The position numbers were made by a program, and so were the translations under genes. Shown here piece by piece: positions 10,008 to 19,636 of a stretch of 64,000 nt of DNA. How positions within the stretch are numbered: the first letter of the stretch is position 1; every line of letters begins with the position of its first letter. The notes under the pieces are model-generated. The model saw only the letters and a list, made by a program, of their open reading frames with translations, was not told the origin of the DNA and made no database searches. Origin of the DNA: Candidatus Zhuqueibacterota bacterium (GTDB lineage Bacteria; Zhuqueibacterota; Zhuqueibacteria; Thermofontimicrobiales; Thermofontimicrobiaceae); the NCBI GenBank assembly GCA_049322915.1, contig JBMOPW010000014.1, forward strand, positions 605,527 to 669,526, in the 5' to 3' direction.

Positions 10008-10968
10008 ACTAAACTTTCTCAAAAACAGTTTGAAAATAACAGATTAACATGCTATATTTCAGTTAGTTAATTGGTTGAATAATTAAAAGAGCTAACTGAT
10101 ATGCTAAAAATAACTCACTTGCCGCAAATTGTGCAAAAGCACGCACGGAATTTTAAAGGAATATTTTCAAATAAAGCCCAATATCAACATTTCAAACAGT
10201 ATCTCACTGGGATCATGATTGTTGCAGATAAGACCTGTTCTGGCATTCAATCGACCTTCATTGAGCAAAAGTCTGTCAATAGTCTTGACCATTTTCTGAT
10301 TCATACGAAATGGTCTGAAGTGGAAATGAATCGAAAGCGCATCAAAGATTTACAAAATCGTCCGGAAACCACATCGCGACGTGATGGCATTGTTGCGATT
10401 GATGACACGCTATCCCATCCCGAAACTTCGGGACGGGTAAGCATATCGACGATGCGGAGTATCATTTCGATCATTCAACCGGGAAAATGGTATTAGGCCA
10501 TAATCTGGTTACTGCCCAATACAATGATTCTCATGTGAATTATCCGCTGGATTATCGTCTGTATCATCGCCAACCCGATAAAAAATTTATTACCGCCGCC
10601 TACAAAAAATTGGAGCATCGATGCGTTTTATCGAGATGCAAAACAACATTTAGGATTAGAAGCCTATCAGTTGAGAAACGCCACAGGTATCAAACGACAT
10701 TGGTACTTTGTTTTCTTAGCGTATTCGTTTTTAATGTTGAATGTGCGTCGAAGCAAATTGAACAAACGCTTAAACGCCAAATTAGCGACCATTGGCGAAT
10801 CGAGTCGTGCTCTGGCTGATGAAGTAACGATGTCCCTTATTCTATGGATTTATAAAAATTTTCAAAAAAACAAACAAGCAGATGAGGTAATTAAATGTCT
10901 GCTCGCTTAGTCCTAAATTTTATTTAAGCTTAGAAAACCTTTTATTTAAATTTTTGTGAAAGTTTAGT
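10008..10968 (+). mobile_element. IS701-family remnant with intact 18-bp terminal inverted repeats, frameshifted and internally deleted transposase
   Basis: IRs actaaactttctcaaaaa (10008-10025) and tttttgtgaaagtttagt (10951-10968); motifs F..YL.G, IDDT, GHNLVT, WSIDAFYRDAKQHLGL..YQ.R. Confidence 0.85.
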
Positions 10969-11042
10969 ATACTTTTTATTTTCAAGATGTAGCATTAAGA
11001 AATTAACTAACAGAAGTTTTAAATTAAACCAAAGGAGAGCTT

Positions 11043-11768
11043 ATGAAGCGAAGAAACAGTTATCTTTATTTCTGGGCATTCTTTTTAGTAATTATTTCTT
11101 ACTCTTCATCATTAACTGCTCAAAATTCATTTCATTTTGATGCTCAGGTTGGTGTAAATTTAAGCCATCCTATTGCTTCTTCAATAAATGATACAGAAAA
11201 AGGACAAACCTACTCAGTGCATTATATTCCCGGGTATAATTGGGCGGGAGTATTTAGCTTTAAAAGAAACAGACTTGCTGTTGGTATAGGATTATGCCAT
11301 AAAGCCATAAATTTTAATCATGTAAGAAATTTTGTTCTACCTGAATTTCCTATTAGTGCTTCTTCAGTAAAATCCGAGACAATTGCAAGATTGAATTATT
11401 TATGCCTGCCTATTTATTCTTCATTCATGTTAAATCCTGCAAAAGGGCTTTACATGAGTATTAATGCAGAATTCTGTAGGCTTGCTAATGATGTATATTA
11501 TGAAATACTAACATTGGTGAGTGGGGAACATAAAAAAATATGTTACGAGCTTCATGATTTTTTTGATCCAAATTCGATATTCCTAAACCTGGGAGTCGGC
11601 ATGCAAATTAGGGCCAACACAAAATTAGCATTTGAGATAGGTATTACTCCAGAATCTAATTACAGAAACAGGAGAGGAACAGGATCTACCAGTTATTTCA
11701 ATTTTTCGAAAAGAATTATGACATGCCGTATTACATTATTGTATGAATTATTTCGTTTCAACATCTGA
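11043..11768 (+). CDS. Outer-membrane beta-barrel (porin/PorT-like) protein
   Basis: Signal peptide, GVNLS, RLNYLCLPI, aromatic C-terminus (YELFRFNI); RBS aaggag. Confidence 0.6.
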   Translation: MKRRNSYLYFWAFFLVIISYSSSLTAQNSFHFDAQVGVNLSHPIASSINDTEKGQTYSVHYIPGYNWAGVFSFKRNRLAVGIGLCHKAINFNHVRNFVLPEFPISASSVKSETIARLNYLCLPIYSSFMLNPAKGLYMSINAEFCRLANDVYYEILTLVSGEHKKICYELHDFFDPNSIFLNLGVGMQIRANTKLAFEIGITPESNYRNRRGTGSTSYFNFSKRIMTCRITLLYELFRFNI

Positions 11769-11893
11769 TAAACGATAGTTACTGATAATTTAAATTAAAA
11801 GATTTTTAAAATTGACTAATAACAAATTACTATTGTTACAAGAATAAGCTACAAGTCACTGAATTTTAATCTGGGATTAATAAAAACAATGGA

Positions 11894-14338
11894 GTGAAAA
11901 TGAAGAAACTATCAATACAAAGTTACTGTATTTCAATTGCAACAATCTTGGTATTCGTTATTTCTGGTTTTGCTCATGATAAAACAACACCACGGGGATC
12001 TTCAGTATCGCATAGTCACCCTGCTGATTCAGCATATTGGGATGATGAGCCACCACCTGGGTATTACGATTACGATTCAAATAATGCGATGGATTATAAT
12101 GTATCAAAAGGTAGTTGGACTGTTTGGGCCTTAGATCAATGGGAGATTGCTCATAATTTAACGTTAATTTCACCATCAAATACAGCTTTCAATTGTCATG
12201 CTTATGCTTGGCTTGATGCACGTGAGAATGATTCTGGAACTTGGTGTTGGATGTCATATAGCCAAGCTTCAATATTTTGGAATGATGGGAGCTATTCAGA
12301 AGTTTGCAGTAGTTATGCAACACATGTTGTGCAGGGGGACCATTCAATGGTAATTATAAATGGTGACATTGTGAGATCAAAATGGTATAAGCTCCCTGTA
12401 TTTCAACACAGCTATAATTCACATTATTATGATTCGTCAAGCAAAGTTTTTTTACGAAAAAATCCTGAGGTGCCTTCAGATTTCACATCTATTCCACAAG
12501 GCTTAAATGATGCTAAGTCTGGCCAAATAGTACACGTCGATGCAGGTTCCGATGCTCTAACTGCAAACATAACTGTTCAAGATAATAAATTACTCCAAAT
12601 ACACAATAATGTTAGTCTTGGAAGTTATTATATTACTACTAGCGGGACAGGTCAGATAGAAGTTGATTCAGGTGTTGAATATATTCGTATTATTAGAGAT
12701 TCAGAGATAAAATATCTTTGTGGGACATTAACAAATGCTTGCAATAATGCATCATCAGGAGATCGTATTGAGATTCATGGTACGCATAGCATTAGCGATA
12801 ATGCAACAGTGTCCAGCGGAGTAACTCTCTATATTTGTTCTGGGGCTATTTTAAATTTTTCATCAGGGAAAAAACTAACCATCAATGGAACTCTTACCGC
12901 AAATGGGGTCACATTTCAGGGCAGCAGCTGGTTAGGTTTGGAATTTTCTAATGCCTCGTCGTCCAGTCAGGTTATTAATTGCACGATTACCGATGCTTCT
13001 GTTGGCATTAACATGTATAATAGTGATGTTCAGGTTTCGGGGAACACTATCGAAGACAATACTACTGGAATTCTGTTTAATAACGGCTCGGACGGATCGG
13101 GTATTGTTAATGGCAATGTTGTCCAAAATAATTCGTGCTACGGGATCAGGTGTTTATCAAATTCTGATCCGTTAATATTTTCCAGCAATGTGATAACCTC
13201 TAATGGCGATTATGGCGGGATTTATGGTGGTGTTTGTGGGGATGGTTCATCTATTTTTGATCTTGGCCGTTATTCAGACCAGGGACATAACAGTATCTAC
13301 TGGAATGCTGTGTACGAGGTAGCTACCGGTTACTCGGGGACGATCTATGCCCGCTATAACTGGTGGGGTGATTCAGATCCATCTCCGTTTTTTTATGAAC
13401 CAAATGGTGATGTAGACTGGGATTATTACTTAGCCTACGACCCCAATTATATGTTAAATAAAAGTATGGCAAGGAATTCAACGTCATCGCCTGCTGTAGT
13501 CAATGTCAATGTGTCGGACGATACCGTTGGCGTAAAAGAGTTAGATGAAGCAATCTTCTATTACCAAAATGGCAAATACGATGCCGCAGCCATGCAGTTT
13601 GAAACTATCATGAACAAATACCCGGATCATTTTTCGGGCAGACGTGCCATGGTGTTTATTTACAAATGCAACAAAAAAATGAAAACTGAGGAACAAAATA
13701 TCACACTGTTAAATAACGTATCCACCAAATACTCCAATGAAGAGATTGCTGCCGTGGCCAAAAATCTCCGAACCAGCGATCTCATCAAACAAGGTGATTA
13801 TCCAGGAGCCATCGAGCAGTGCCTGGCAGTAACAAAGTCATTTTCTGAAACAGAATACAATAAATACTCCCTGTACGACCTGGGCAATATTTATTGGTAT
13901 TATTTAAACGATCCCAAAACCGGGGAAACGTATTACCGCCAGCTCATTGCTCAATATCCTGACGATCATCTGGCAATTTCAGCGTTAGCCACTCTGGGCG
14001 AATGGCAGCCTGAGGAGCCAAAGCCAGAACAACAACCCCTGACTGACCATACTGAACATGCAACATTTTCATTGGAACAAAACTATCCCAATCCCTTCAA
14101 TCCCGAGACCACCATTCGCTATCATTTAGCTGAAGCAGCCCACGTGACCATTAAAATTTATAATTTGTTAGGAGCAGAAGTGATCACCCTGATCGAGCAA
14201 TCGCAGCCTCAGGGGAATCATGCGATTCAGTGGCATGGCCGGGATCGGTTTGGTAATACAGTGGCGAATGGCGTGTATTGGCTCCGGCTGCAGGCAGGGA
14301 ACTTTGTCGGTGAGCGGAAGCTGGTGGTAGTGCGATAG
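11894..14338 (+). CDS. Secreted multidomain protein: papain-like N-domain, right-handed beta-helix, TPR, T9SS type A/FlgD-Ig domain
   Basis: FNCHAYAW...DHS...RSKW motif, beta-helix repeats, ARYNWWG, TPR helices, NYPNPFNP tail. Confidence 0.8.
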   Translation: MKMKKLSIQSYCISIATILVFVISGFAHDKTTPRGSSVSHSHPADSAYWDDEPPPGYYDYDSNNAMDYNVSKGSWTVWALDQWEIAHNLTLISPSNTAFNCHAYAWLDARENDSGTWCWMSYSQASIFWNDGSYSEVCSSYATHVVQGDHSMVIINGDIVRSKWYKLPVFQHSYNSHYYDSSSKVFLRKNPEVPSDFTSIPQGLNDAKSGQIVHVDAGSDALTANITVQDNKLLQIHNNVSLGSYYITTSGTGQIEVDSGVEYIRIIRDSEIKYLCGTLTNACNNASSGDRIEIHGTHSISDNATVSSGVTLYICSGAILNFSSGKKLTINGTLTANGVTFQGSSWLGLEFSNASSSSQVINCTITDASVGINMYNSDVQVSGNTIEDNTTGILFNNGSDGSGIVNGNVVQNNSCYGIRCLSNSDPLIFSSNVITSNGDYGGIYGGVCGDGSSIFDLGRYSDQGHNSIYWNAVYEVATGYSGTIYARYNWWGDSDPSPFFYEPNGDVDWDYYLAYDPNYMLNKSMARNSTSSPAVVNVNVSDDTVGVKELDEAIFYYQNGKYDAAAMQFETIMNKYPDHFSGRRAMVFIYKCNKKMKTEEQNITLLNNVSTKYSNEEIAAVAKNLRTSDLIKQGDYPGAIEQCLAVTKSFSETEYNKYSLYDLGNIYWYYLNDPKTGETYYRQLIAQYPDDHLAISALATLGEWQPEEPKPEQQPLTDHTEHATFSLEQNYPNPFNPETTIRYHLAEAAHVTIKIYNLLGAEVITLIEQSQPQGNHAIQWHGRDRFGNTVANGVYWLRLQAGNFVGERKLVVVR
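13793..14005 (+). repeat. 213-bp block shared with 7689-7901
   Basis: Direct sequence comparison. Confidence 0.92.
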
Positions 14339-14380
14339 TGGAGTGTCGTTTGTTGTCTTTTGTCCGGCGTAGCATAATAA

Positions 14381-14488
14381 TTAACCCTACTACGTCATTT
14401 AGCAAGTTCTGCACAATATATTGTATGTTATGTTGTCAGAAAATACGATATATTGTGCTAATAATTCTAAGTGACGTTGTAGGGTTAA
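14381..14488. mobile_element. 108-bp MITE-like element TTAA-CCCTAC...GTAGGG-TTAA (copy 1; copy 2 at 54646-54753)
   Basis: Terminal IR ttaaccctac(t/a)acgtca; both copies are 108 bp with homologous interiors. Confidence 0.8.
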
Positions 14489-14574
14489 TAGTGAATTGCT
14501 GACAATATTTTATTGGTCTCATAAGATTCACATGTTAATAGGCCAATTAACGATTGAAATATCAAATTGCGAAA

Positions 14575-14659
14575 TACCTCACTTACGGGTGGGAAAATAG
14601 AATTATATACCAGGTTTCTCGAAGAGGCCAGGTATATTTTCCATCCTTAACTGAGGTTA
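14575..14659. repeat. Imperfect palindromic element
   Basis: tacctcacttacgggtgggaaaata ... tattttccatccttaactgaggtta, with an inner tataccagg...ccaggtata hairpin. Confidence 0.6.
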
Positions 14660-14662
14660 GAC

Positions 14663-14782
14663 GATTGTTCAAGGAAGATGACTTTTTATTCTGTATGTGC
14701 GATACATAATCGCCGATGCCCTAATTTTATTACAACAAGCGATTCACCTCGCAGGCGACAAACGCGGGACTCTGTGCTGCTG
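14663..14782 (+). repeat. 120-bp direct repeat, right copy
   Basis: See 6626-6745. Confidence 0.92.
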
Positions 14783-14937
14783 TGTTCGGCCATGAAATAC
14801 GTGTCGGTCGCCTTTTCGGGATCGGCGCGAATTGGTTTGAACTGCAAGAAAGATAGCGTGATAGCCTGTTGATATTTCAACCGGAGAAATAGCTGTAGTG
14901 ATAATAAACTAAAGCTAAATTGGTTTTCGGTTTTCAC
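14686..14937 (-). pseudogene. Possible degenerate RelE/ParE-like toxin gene; its 3' end lies in the 120-bp repeat
   Basis: C-terminal LVVIKLGHRR resembles the RelE V.VI..GHR motif; the rest is poorly conserved. Confidence 0.3.
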
Positions 14938-15008
14938 CAGTAAGTCCTCTTCTTTCCAGGAGAGGGTATTGGTGAGTTTTAAAATAAGAATCCGAAAATC
15001 ATTTTTTT

Positions 15009-15417
15009 GTATCTACTCAGGTTTCAGGTTTCAAGGTTCCCGGTTCCGGGTTAAAAAGAATTTTTGTCGCTATTCAGGCAGGTAGTCTTGCCACGAAGTC
15101 ACCAAGCCACAAAGCTACACGAAGATGTCATATTTTTCATTCATAATTTTGTGAGATTGAATTTTGTTTAAACCAAGTTCAGCATTTCTGAATCGATAAT
15201 TCAGCCTGCATTATTCATCGTATTTTTAAAGGAGGCTGGCTAACCTGAATGGTGCTCTTTTTAGAGTAAACGTATAAAAACTGAGTTTCAAAATAGCTTA
15301 GCCTTTAGCTAATTGAAAATCTGAATGTTGACTCAAATTCTGAGCAAGTTCATGAATAATTCAGGTTAGATGTATTTTTTTCTTCGTGCCTTTGAGACTT
15401 TGTGGCTGAGCAGTTAC
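15009..15417. mobile_element. ~400-bp non-coding nested element (copy 1; inverted copy 42144-42533; partial copies 56283-56325 and 63955-64000)
   Basis: Long reverse-complement match; outer ends gtatctactcag / ctgagcagttac; inner IR ctaacctgaat...attcaggttag (15240-15369). Confidence 0.85.
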
Positions 15418-15556
15418 GTTTTTTTTAAGTATACAAAAAACCTGTATTGTTCGTCGGCAATCCAGGTTTTCGAATATTGAATGACTTTGATTTTATGCCG
15501 CTCGCAACAGAGAGAGGGCGCCATGATTCAGAAATAGGCGCGAGTTGAATCTGACA

Positions 15557-17722
15557 TCAGGTATCGATGATCATGGTCAGCGAAATACGTCCTGTCTCCG
15601 GCTTCACGGACAGGACTTTCACCTTCACGTTCTGGCCGACATTGACGACGTCGATGGGGTTTTTGACGAAGCGTTTTGCCAGTTGGCTTTTATGGACCAG
15701 CCCATCGTTTTTCACGCCGATGTCCACAAACGCGCCAAAGTCCACCACGTTGCGCACAGTCCCTTCGAGGATCATGCCTTCGGTGAGGTCTTCAATTTTC
15801 AGCACATCGCGCCGGAAAATAGGCTTGGGCAATTCTTCACGCGGGTCAAGATTAGGTTTAGCGAGGCTGACGATGATGTCCTCCATGGTCGGCAGACCGG
15901 TGCCGCACTTTTCGGCTAATTTCTGCACCGTCAGCTTTTTGGAGCGAATCCGCTGCTCCAACAGCTCGCCATGTCCCTGAATCGCCGCGCTGTCTAGTTC
16001 CAGTTCAGACAGTAATTTTTCAGCGACGCCATAGGACTCCGGGTGAACCGCGGTGAAGTCGAAGAAGTTCTCCGCGCCGGGGATTCTCAAAAAACCGGCG
16101 CACTGGGTGAAGGCCATTTCGCCCATGCCCTTCACATCTTTCAACTGCGTGCGATTGTCAAATTTGCCTCGGGTATCCCTCACATCCACGATATTTTCAG
16201 CGACGCGGCTGTTGATGCCTGCCACGTATTGCAACAGGGCTTTGGAAGCGGTATTCAAATTTACGCCCACGTAATTGACGCACGATTCGACAACCTGGTC
16301 CAGCATTCTGCTCAATTTCGCCTGGTTCACATCGTGCTGATACAGGCCTACGCCGATGGACTTGGGATCGATTTTCACCAATTCGGACAGCGGGTCTAAC
16401 AAGCGCCGGGCGATGGAAATTGCGCCGCGCATGGAGACATCCAGTTCAGGGAATTCTTCCTTGGCCAGCGGCGAGGCGGAGTACACCGACGCGCCCGCTT
16501 CATTGACGATGAGGTATGAAAGATCGCTTTCATAGGCTTCGATCACTTCAATGGCCAGGCTTTCGGTTTCGCGGGAAGCTGTGCCATTGCCAATGGAAAT
16601 GATCTGCACGTTGAACGTGGCGCACAGATCCAGCAGCGTTTCTTTGGCGTCGGCCCACATATTTTGCGGGGCATGCGGGTAGATGGTCACGCCTTTCAGA
16701 AATTTCCCGGTCGGATCGATGACAGCGACTTTGGAGCCGGTTCTGAAACCGGGATCGACGCCCATGATTGTCGCGCCGTGCACCGGCGGCGACAGCAATA
16801 AATTCCGCAAATTCTTGGCAAAGATTTCGATGGCGTGCTCGTCGGCTTTTTCAGTGAGCTGGCTTCGGATTTCCCGCTCAATGGACGGCGAAATGAGCCG
16901 ATGAAAGGAATCGGCAATGGCCATTTTCAACTCAGGATGAAAGAGCGATGCGTTGTTGGTTAGATACGTCCGTTCAATCTCAGCGATGCACTGATCTTCC
17001 GGCACTTCAACATTCACTTTGAGAAATCCCTCCTTTTCCCCGCGATTGATAGCCAGCGTCTGATAGGGCTGAAATTTCGATACTGGCTGGTCGAACTCCG
17101 CATACACCTGGTAATTGCCGAGGTCCTCTGTTTTTGCTTCAGAATGAAGGATGCCATGGGTTTGAAAAATCTCCCGGATGACCTTTCGCATCTCCGCATC
17201 ATCGGAGACGTTCTCCGCGCAGATATCCCTCGCTCCGGCGAGCGCTTCATCGGCGCTGGCCACGCCCTTTTCTTCATCGACAAACGAAGCGATGAACGCC
17301 TGGTAATCTTCAATGTCCGTGACCAGTTTCATCATGGCTTCGGCCAGGGGCTCCAGTCCCTTTTCTTTGGCGATGGTGGCGCGGGTGCGTTTTTTCGGTT
17401 TGTACGGCAGATACAGGTCTTCCACCTCCTGCAGCTTGCTGGCGTCTTCAATTTTTTTTCTCAGTTCAGGCGTGAGCTTGCCCTGCTTTTCAATGGAATT
17501 GAGCACTGTATCCTTCCGGGCGTCAAGCACGCGCAGGGTGCGAATGCGGTCTTCCACGGCGCGTATCTGCTCTTCATCGAGATTGCCGGTCGCCTCTTTC
17601 CTGTACCGCGCGATGAATGGCACGGTATTTTCAGTATCCAGTAATTCGATGGTCCGTTCCACCTGGGTCGCGCGCAACCCCAGTTCTTCCGCGATTGTCT
17701 TGATATGTTTATTTTCAGCCAT
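15557..17722 (-). CDS. tex: Tex family RNA-binding transcriptional accessory protein
   Basis: TVPFIARYRKE, EDLYLPYKPK, GVDPGFRTG, EAGASVYS, DPLSELVKIDPKSIGVG, C-terminal S1 domain. Confidence 0.95.
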   Translation of the reverse strand: MAENKHIKTIAEELGLRATQVERTIELLDTENTVPFIARYRKEATGNLDEEQIRAVEDRIRTLRVLDARKDTVLNSIEKQGKLTPELRKKIEDASKLQEVEDLYLPYKPKKRTRATIAKEKGLEPLAEAMMKLVTDIEDYQAFIASFVDEEKGVASADEALAGARDICAENVSDDAEMRKVIREIFQTHGILHSEAKTEDLGNYQVYAEFDQPVSKFQPYQTLAINRGEKEGFLKVNVEVPEDQCIAEIERTYLTNNASLFHPELKMAIADSFHRLISPSIEREIRSQLTEKADEHAIEIFAKNLRNLLLSPPVHGATIMGVDPGFRTGSKVAVIDPTGKFLKGVTIYPHAPQNMWADAKETLLDLCATFNVQIISIGNGTASRETESLAIEVIEAYESDLSYLIVNEAGASVYSASPLAKEEFPELDVSMRGAISIARRLLDPLSELVKIDPKSIGVGLYQHDVNQAKLSRMLDQVVESCVNYVGVNLNTASKALLQYVAGINSRVAENIVDVRDTRGKFDNRTQLKDVKGMGEMAFTQCAGFLRIPGAENFFDFTAVHPESYGVAEKLLSELELDSAAIQGHGELLEQRIRSKKLTVQKLAEKCGTGLPTMEDIIVSLAKPNLDPREELPKPIFRRDVLKIEDLTEGMILEGTVRNVVDFGAFVDIGVKNDGLVHKSQLAKRFVKNPIDVVNVGQNVKVKVLSVKPETGRISLTMIIDT

Positions 17723-17766
17723 ATGAATGTACCTGTCTTTGCTCAATCAATTCGATTTCTCGGTTG

Positions 17767-17931
17767 AACCTAAAGTGAGTGATCAGCGAACAGCATTCAG
17801 CTATCAGCTCTCTCAAAAACAATAAATAGAAACAGTTGCAAGGTTTCATTCATTTGGTGATAGGATAATTCCATCTGACCATACTGTTTTTTTGTCGCTG
17901 AACGCTAAAAGCTATTCACTTCTTTTAGGTT
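17767..17931. repeat. Imperfect inverted-repeat element with 7-mer (cagc) repeats
   Basis: aacctaaagtgagtgatcagc...ttcagc versus gctgaacgc...ttcacttcttttaggtt. Confidence 0.55.
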
Positions 17932-18323
17932 GAAATTAATATCGCCCAAATTTAAGACTTTTTTTTAAAGTTGCAAGAAGTTTATTTTGAAATTTATCCT
18001 GGAAAATAGGACGGCTTCATGCCGGGAGTGAATGAGGATAATTGTTTGCTGTTTAACCACATGATCGCGCCGGATATTCATTCATCGCGGGCAATGGCAG
18101 GTACAGAGGCGCGGGAGGCTTTGTCTGAATTTTCAACGCCGGCTATTTGCTCCACGGAGGAATCACATGCGTTTAAAAATAGCGTGTCAGTCTCGATCCG
18201 TTTCGATGGAGATAGGCTTACCCTGAGCCAACAAAGAATGTCGCTGTGTCGCTCAATCAAATTGGGCTTCATCAATCTCCGCTCGTCTTCTATGAGCGGA
18301 GATCGATGCGCGTGTTACAGAAG

Positions 18324-19571
18324 TCATTCTTTCCCGGCCCATATCTGGCATAAATTCACGATCACATCCACAGCCTTTTGCATATCCTGAACTGAAACCC
18401 ATTCCAGTTTTGAATGGAAGTTATGGCCGCCGGTGAAAATATTCGGCGTGAGTAGTCCCTGGAAGGAGAGCCGCGAACCATCGGTTCCGCCGCGGATGAT
18501 ATTTTTCACCGGATCGATGCCGCTTCGGCGGATGGCCTCAAGGGCGTATTCCGTGACCTTTGGCGCTTCGTCCAATTTGAATTTCATATTGCGGTAGGAT
18601 TCCTGCACTTCAAATTCCAGAGTCGCCCTGGGATAGTCTGCGACTATCTTTTCAGCCATTTTTTTCAAGAAGTCCTCGTGCCGTTTCAAACCTTCCACCG
18701 TGAAATCGCGGATGAGAAATTTGATGGTTGTGGCTTCGACATTTCCGGACATACTATTGGGATGAACATAGCCCTGGCGTTTTTCTGTCGTCTCCGGTGA
18801 GAGGCTATCCGCGGGAAGCTGATCCAGCAATCGACCGGCGATTTTCAGCGAATTCACCATTTTGCCTTTGGCATAGCCAGGATGCACATTGACTCCTCTG
18901 ATGGTGACGTTGACTGAGTCCGCGCAGAAGGTTTCATCCTCCACCTCGCCCAGCGTCTCTCCGTCGATGGTGTAGGCATAGTCAGCGCCAAATTTTTTGA
19001 TGTCGAAAAATTTTGTCCCTTCGCCGACTTCCTCGTCCGGGGTAACAGCCACGCGGATTTTACCATGTTTCAATTCCGGGTGCTGCACGAGAATGTGGAG
19101 CGCATCAAAAATCTCGGCAATGCCGGCCTTGTTGTCCGCGCCGAGCAAGGTGGTCCCGTCCGAGGTGATGATGTCATTGCCGATCTGCTGGGACAGGGCA
19201 GGATTGTCATGGCTGTGAATAATCTGGGACGTGTCGCCGGTGAGAATGATGTCGCCGCCCTGATAATTCCCATGAATCGCCGGCTTGACATCTTTTCCTG
19301 AGACGTCCGGGGATGTATCCATGTGGGCGATAAGCCCGATGACCGGGACCGGCTTTTGGACATTGGATTCCAGCGTGGCCATCACATAGCCGTGTTCGTC
19401 CATGTGGGCGTCGGCCAGGCCAATTTGCTTCAACTCGTTCACCAATACGGCGCCCAGTACTTTCTGCTTTTCTGTGCTGGGGAAGGTTGTTGCGCCTTCT
19501 GCGGATTGCGTATCATAGGTGACGTAGTGGAGAAACCGTTCTGTCACGGTGTAATTCGTTTCTTTGCTCAT
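18324..19571 (-). CDS. pepT: Peptidase T (M20B tripeptidase)
   Basis: AHMDTS, LLGADNKAG, PDEEVG, YTIDG, HPGYAKG, IRGGTDG, HNFHS. Confidence 0.96.
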   Translation of the reverse strand: MSKETNYTVTERFLHYVTYDTQSAEGATTFPSTEKQKVLGAVLVNELKQIGLADAHMDEHGYVMATLESNVQKPVPVIGLIAHMDTSPDVSGKDVKPAIHGNYQGGDIILTGDTSQIIHSHDNPALSQQIGNDIITSDGTTLLGADNKAGIAEIFDALHILVQHPELKHGKIRVAVTPDEEVGEGTKFFDIKKFGADYAYTIDGETLGEVEDETFCADSVNVTIRGVNVHPGYAKGKMVNSLKIAGRLLDQLPADSLSPETTEKRQGYVHPNSMSGNVEATTIKFLIRDFTVEGLKRHEDFLKKMAEKIVADYPRATLEFEVQESYRNMKFKLDEAPKVTEYALEAIRRSGIDPVKNIIRGGTDGSRLSFQGLLTPNIFTGGHNFHSKLEWVSVQDMQKAVDVIVNLCQIWAGKE

Positions 19572-19636
19572 GAGAATAACTCCTTTTCATTATTCAGTGG
19601 GTTAAATTCGACTTCAATGCAGCGGTCGGCGGATAT

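Noticed and set aside
7689..14005. Diversity-generating retroelement TR/VR pair
   Set aside because: The four mismatches (T/C, C/A, A/G, C/G) are not adenine-specific, and no reverse transcriptase is in the window.
17950..18320. Small CDS between tex and pepT
   Set aside because: Overlapping short ORFs on both strands lack an RBS or motifs; not supportable.
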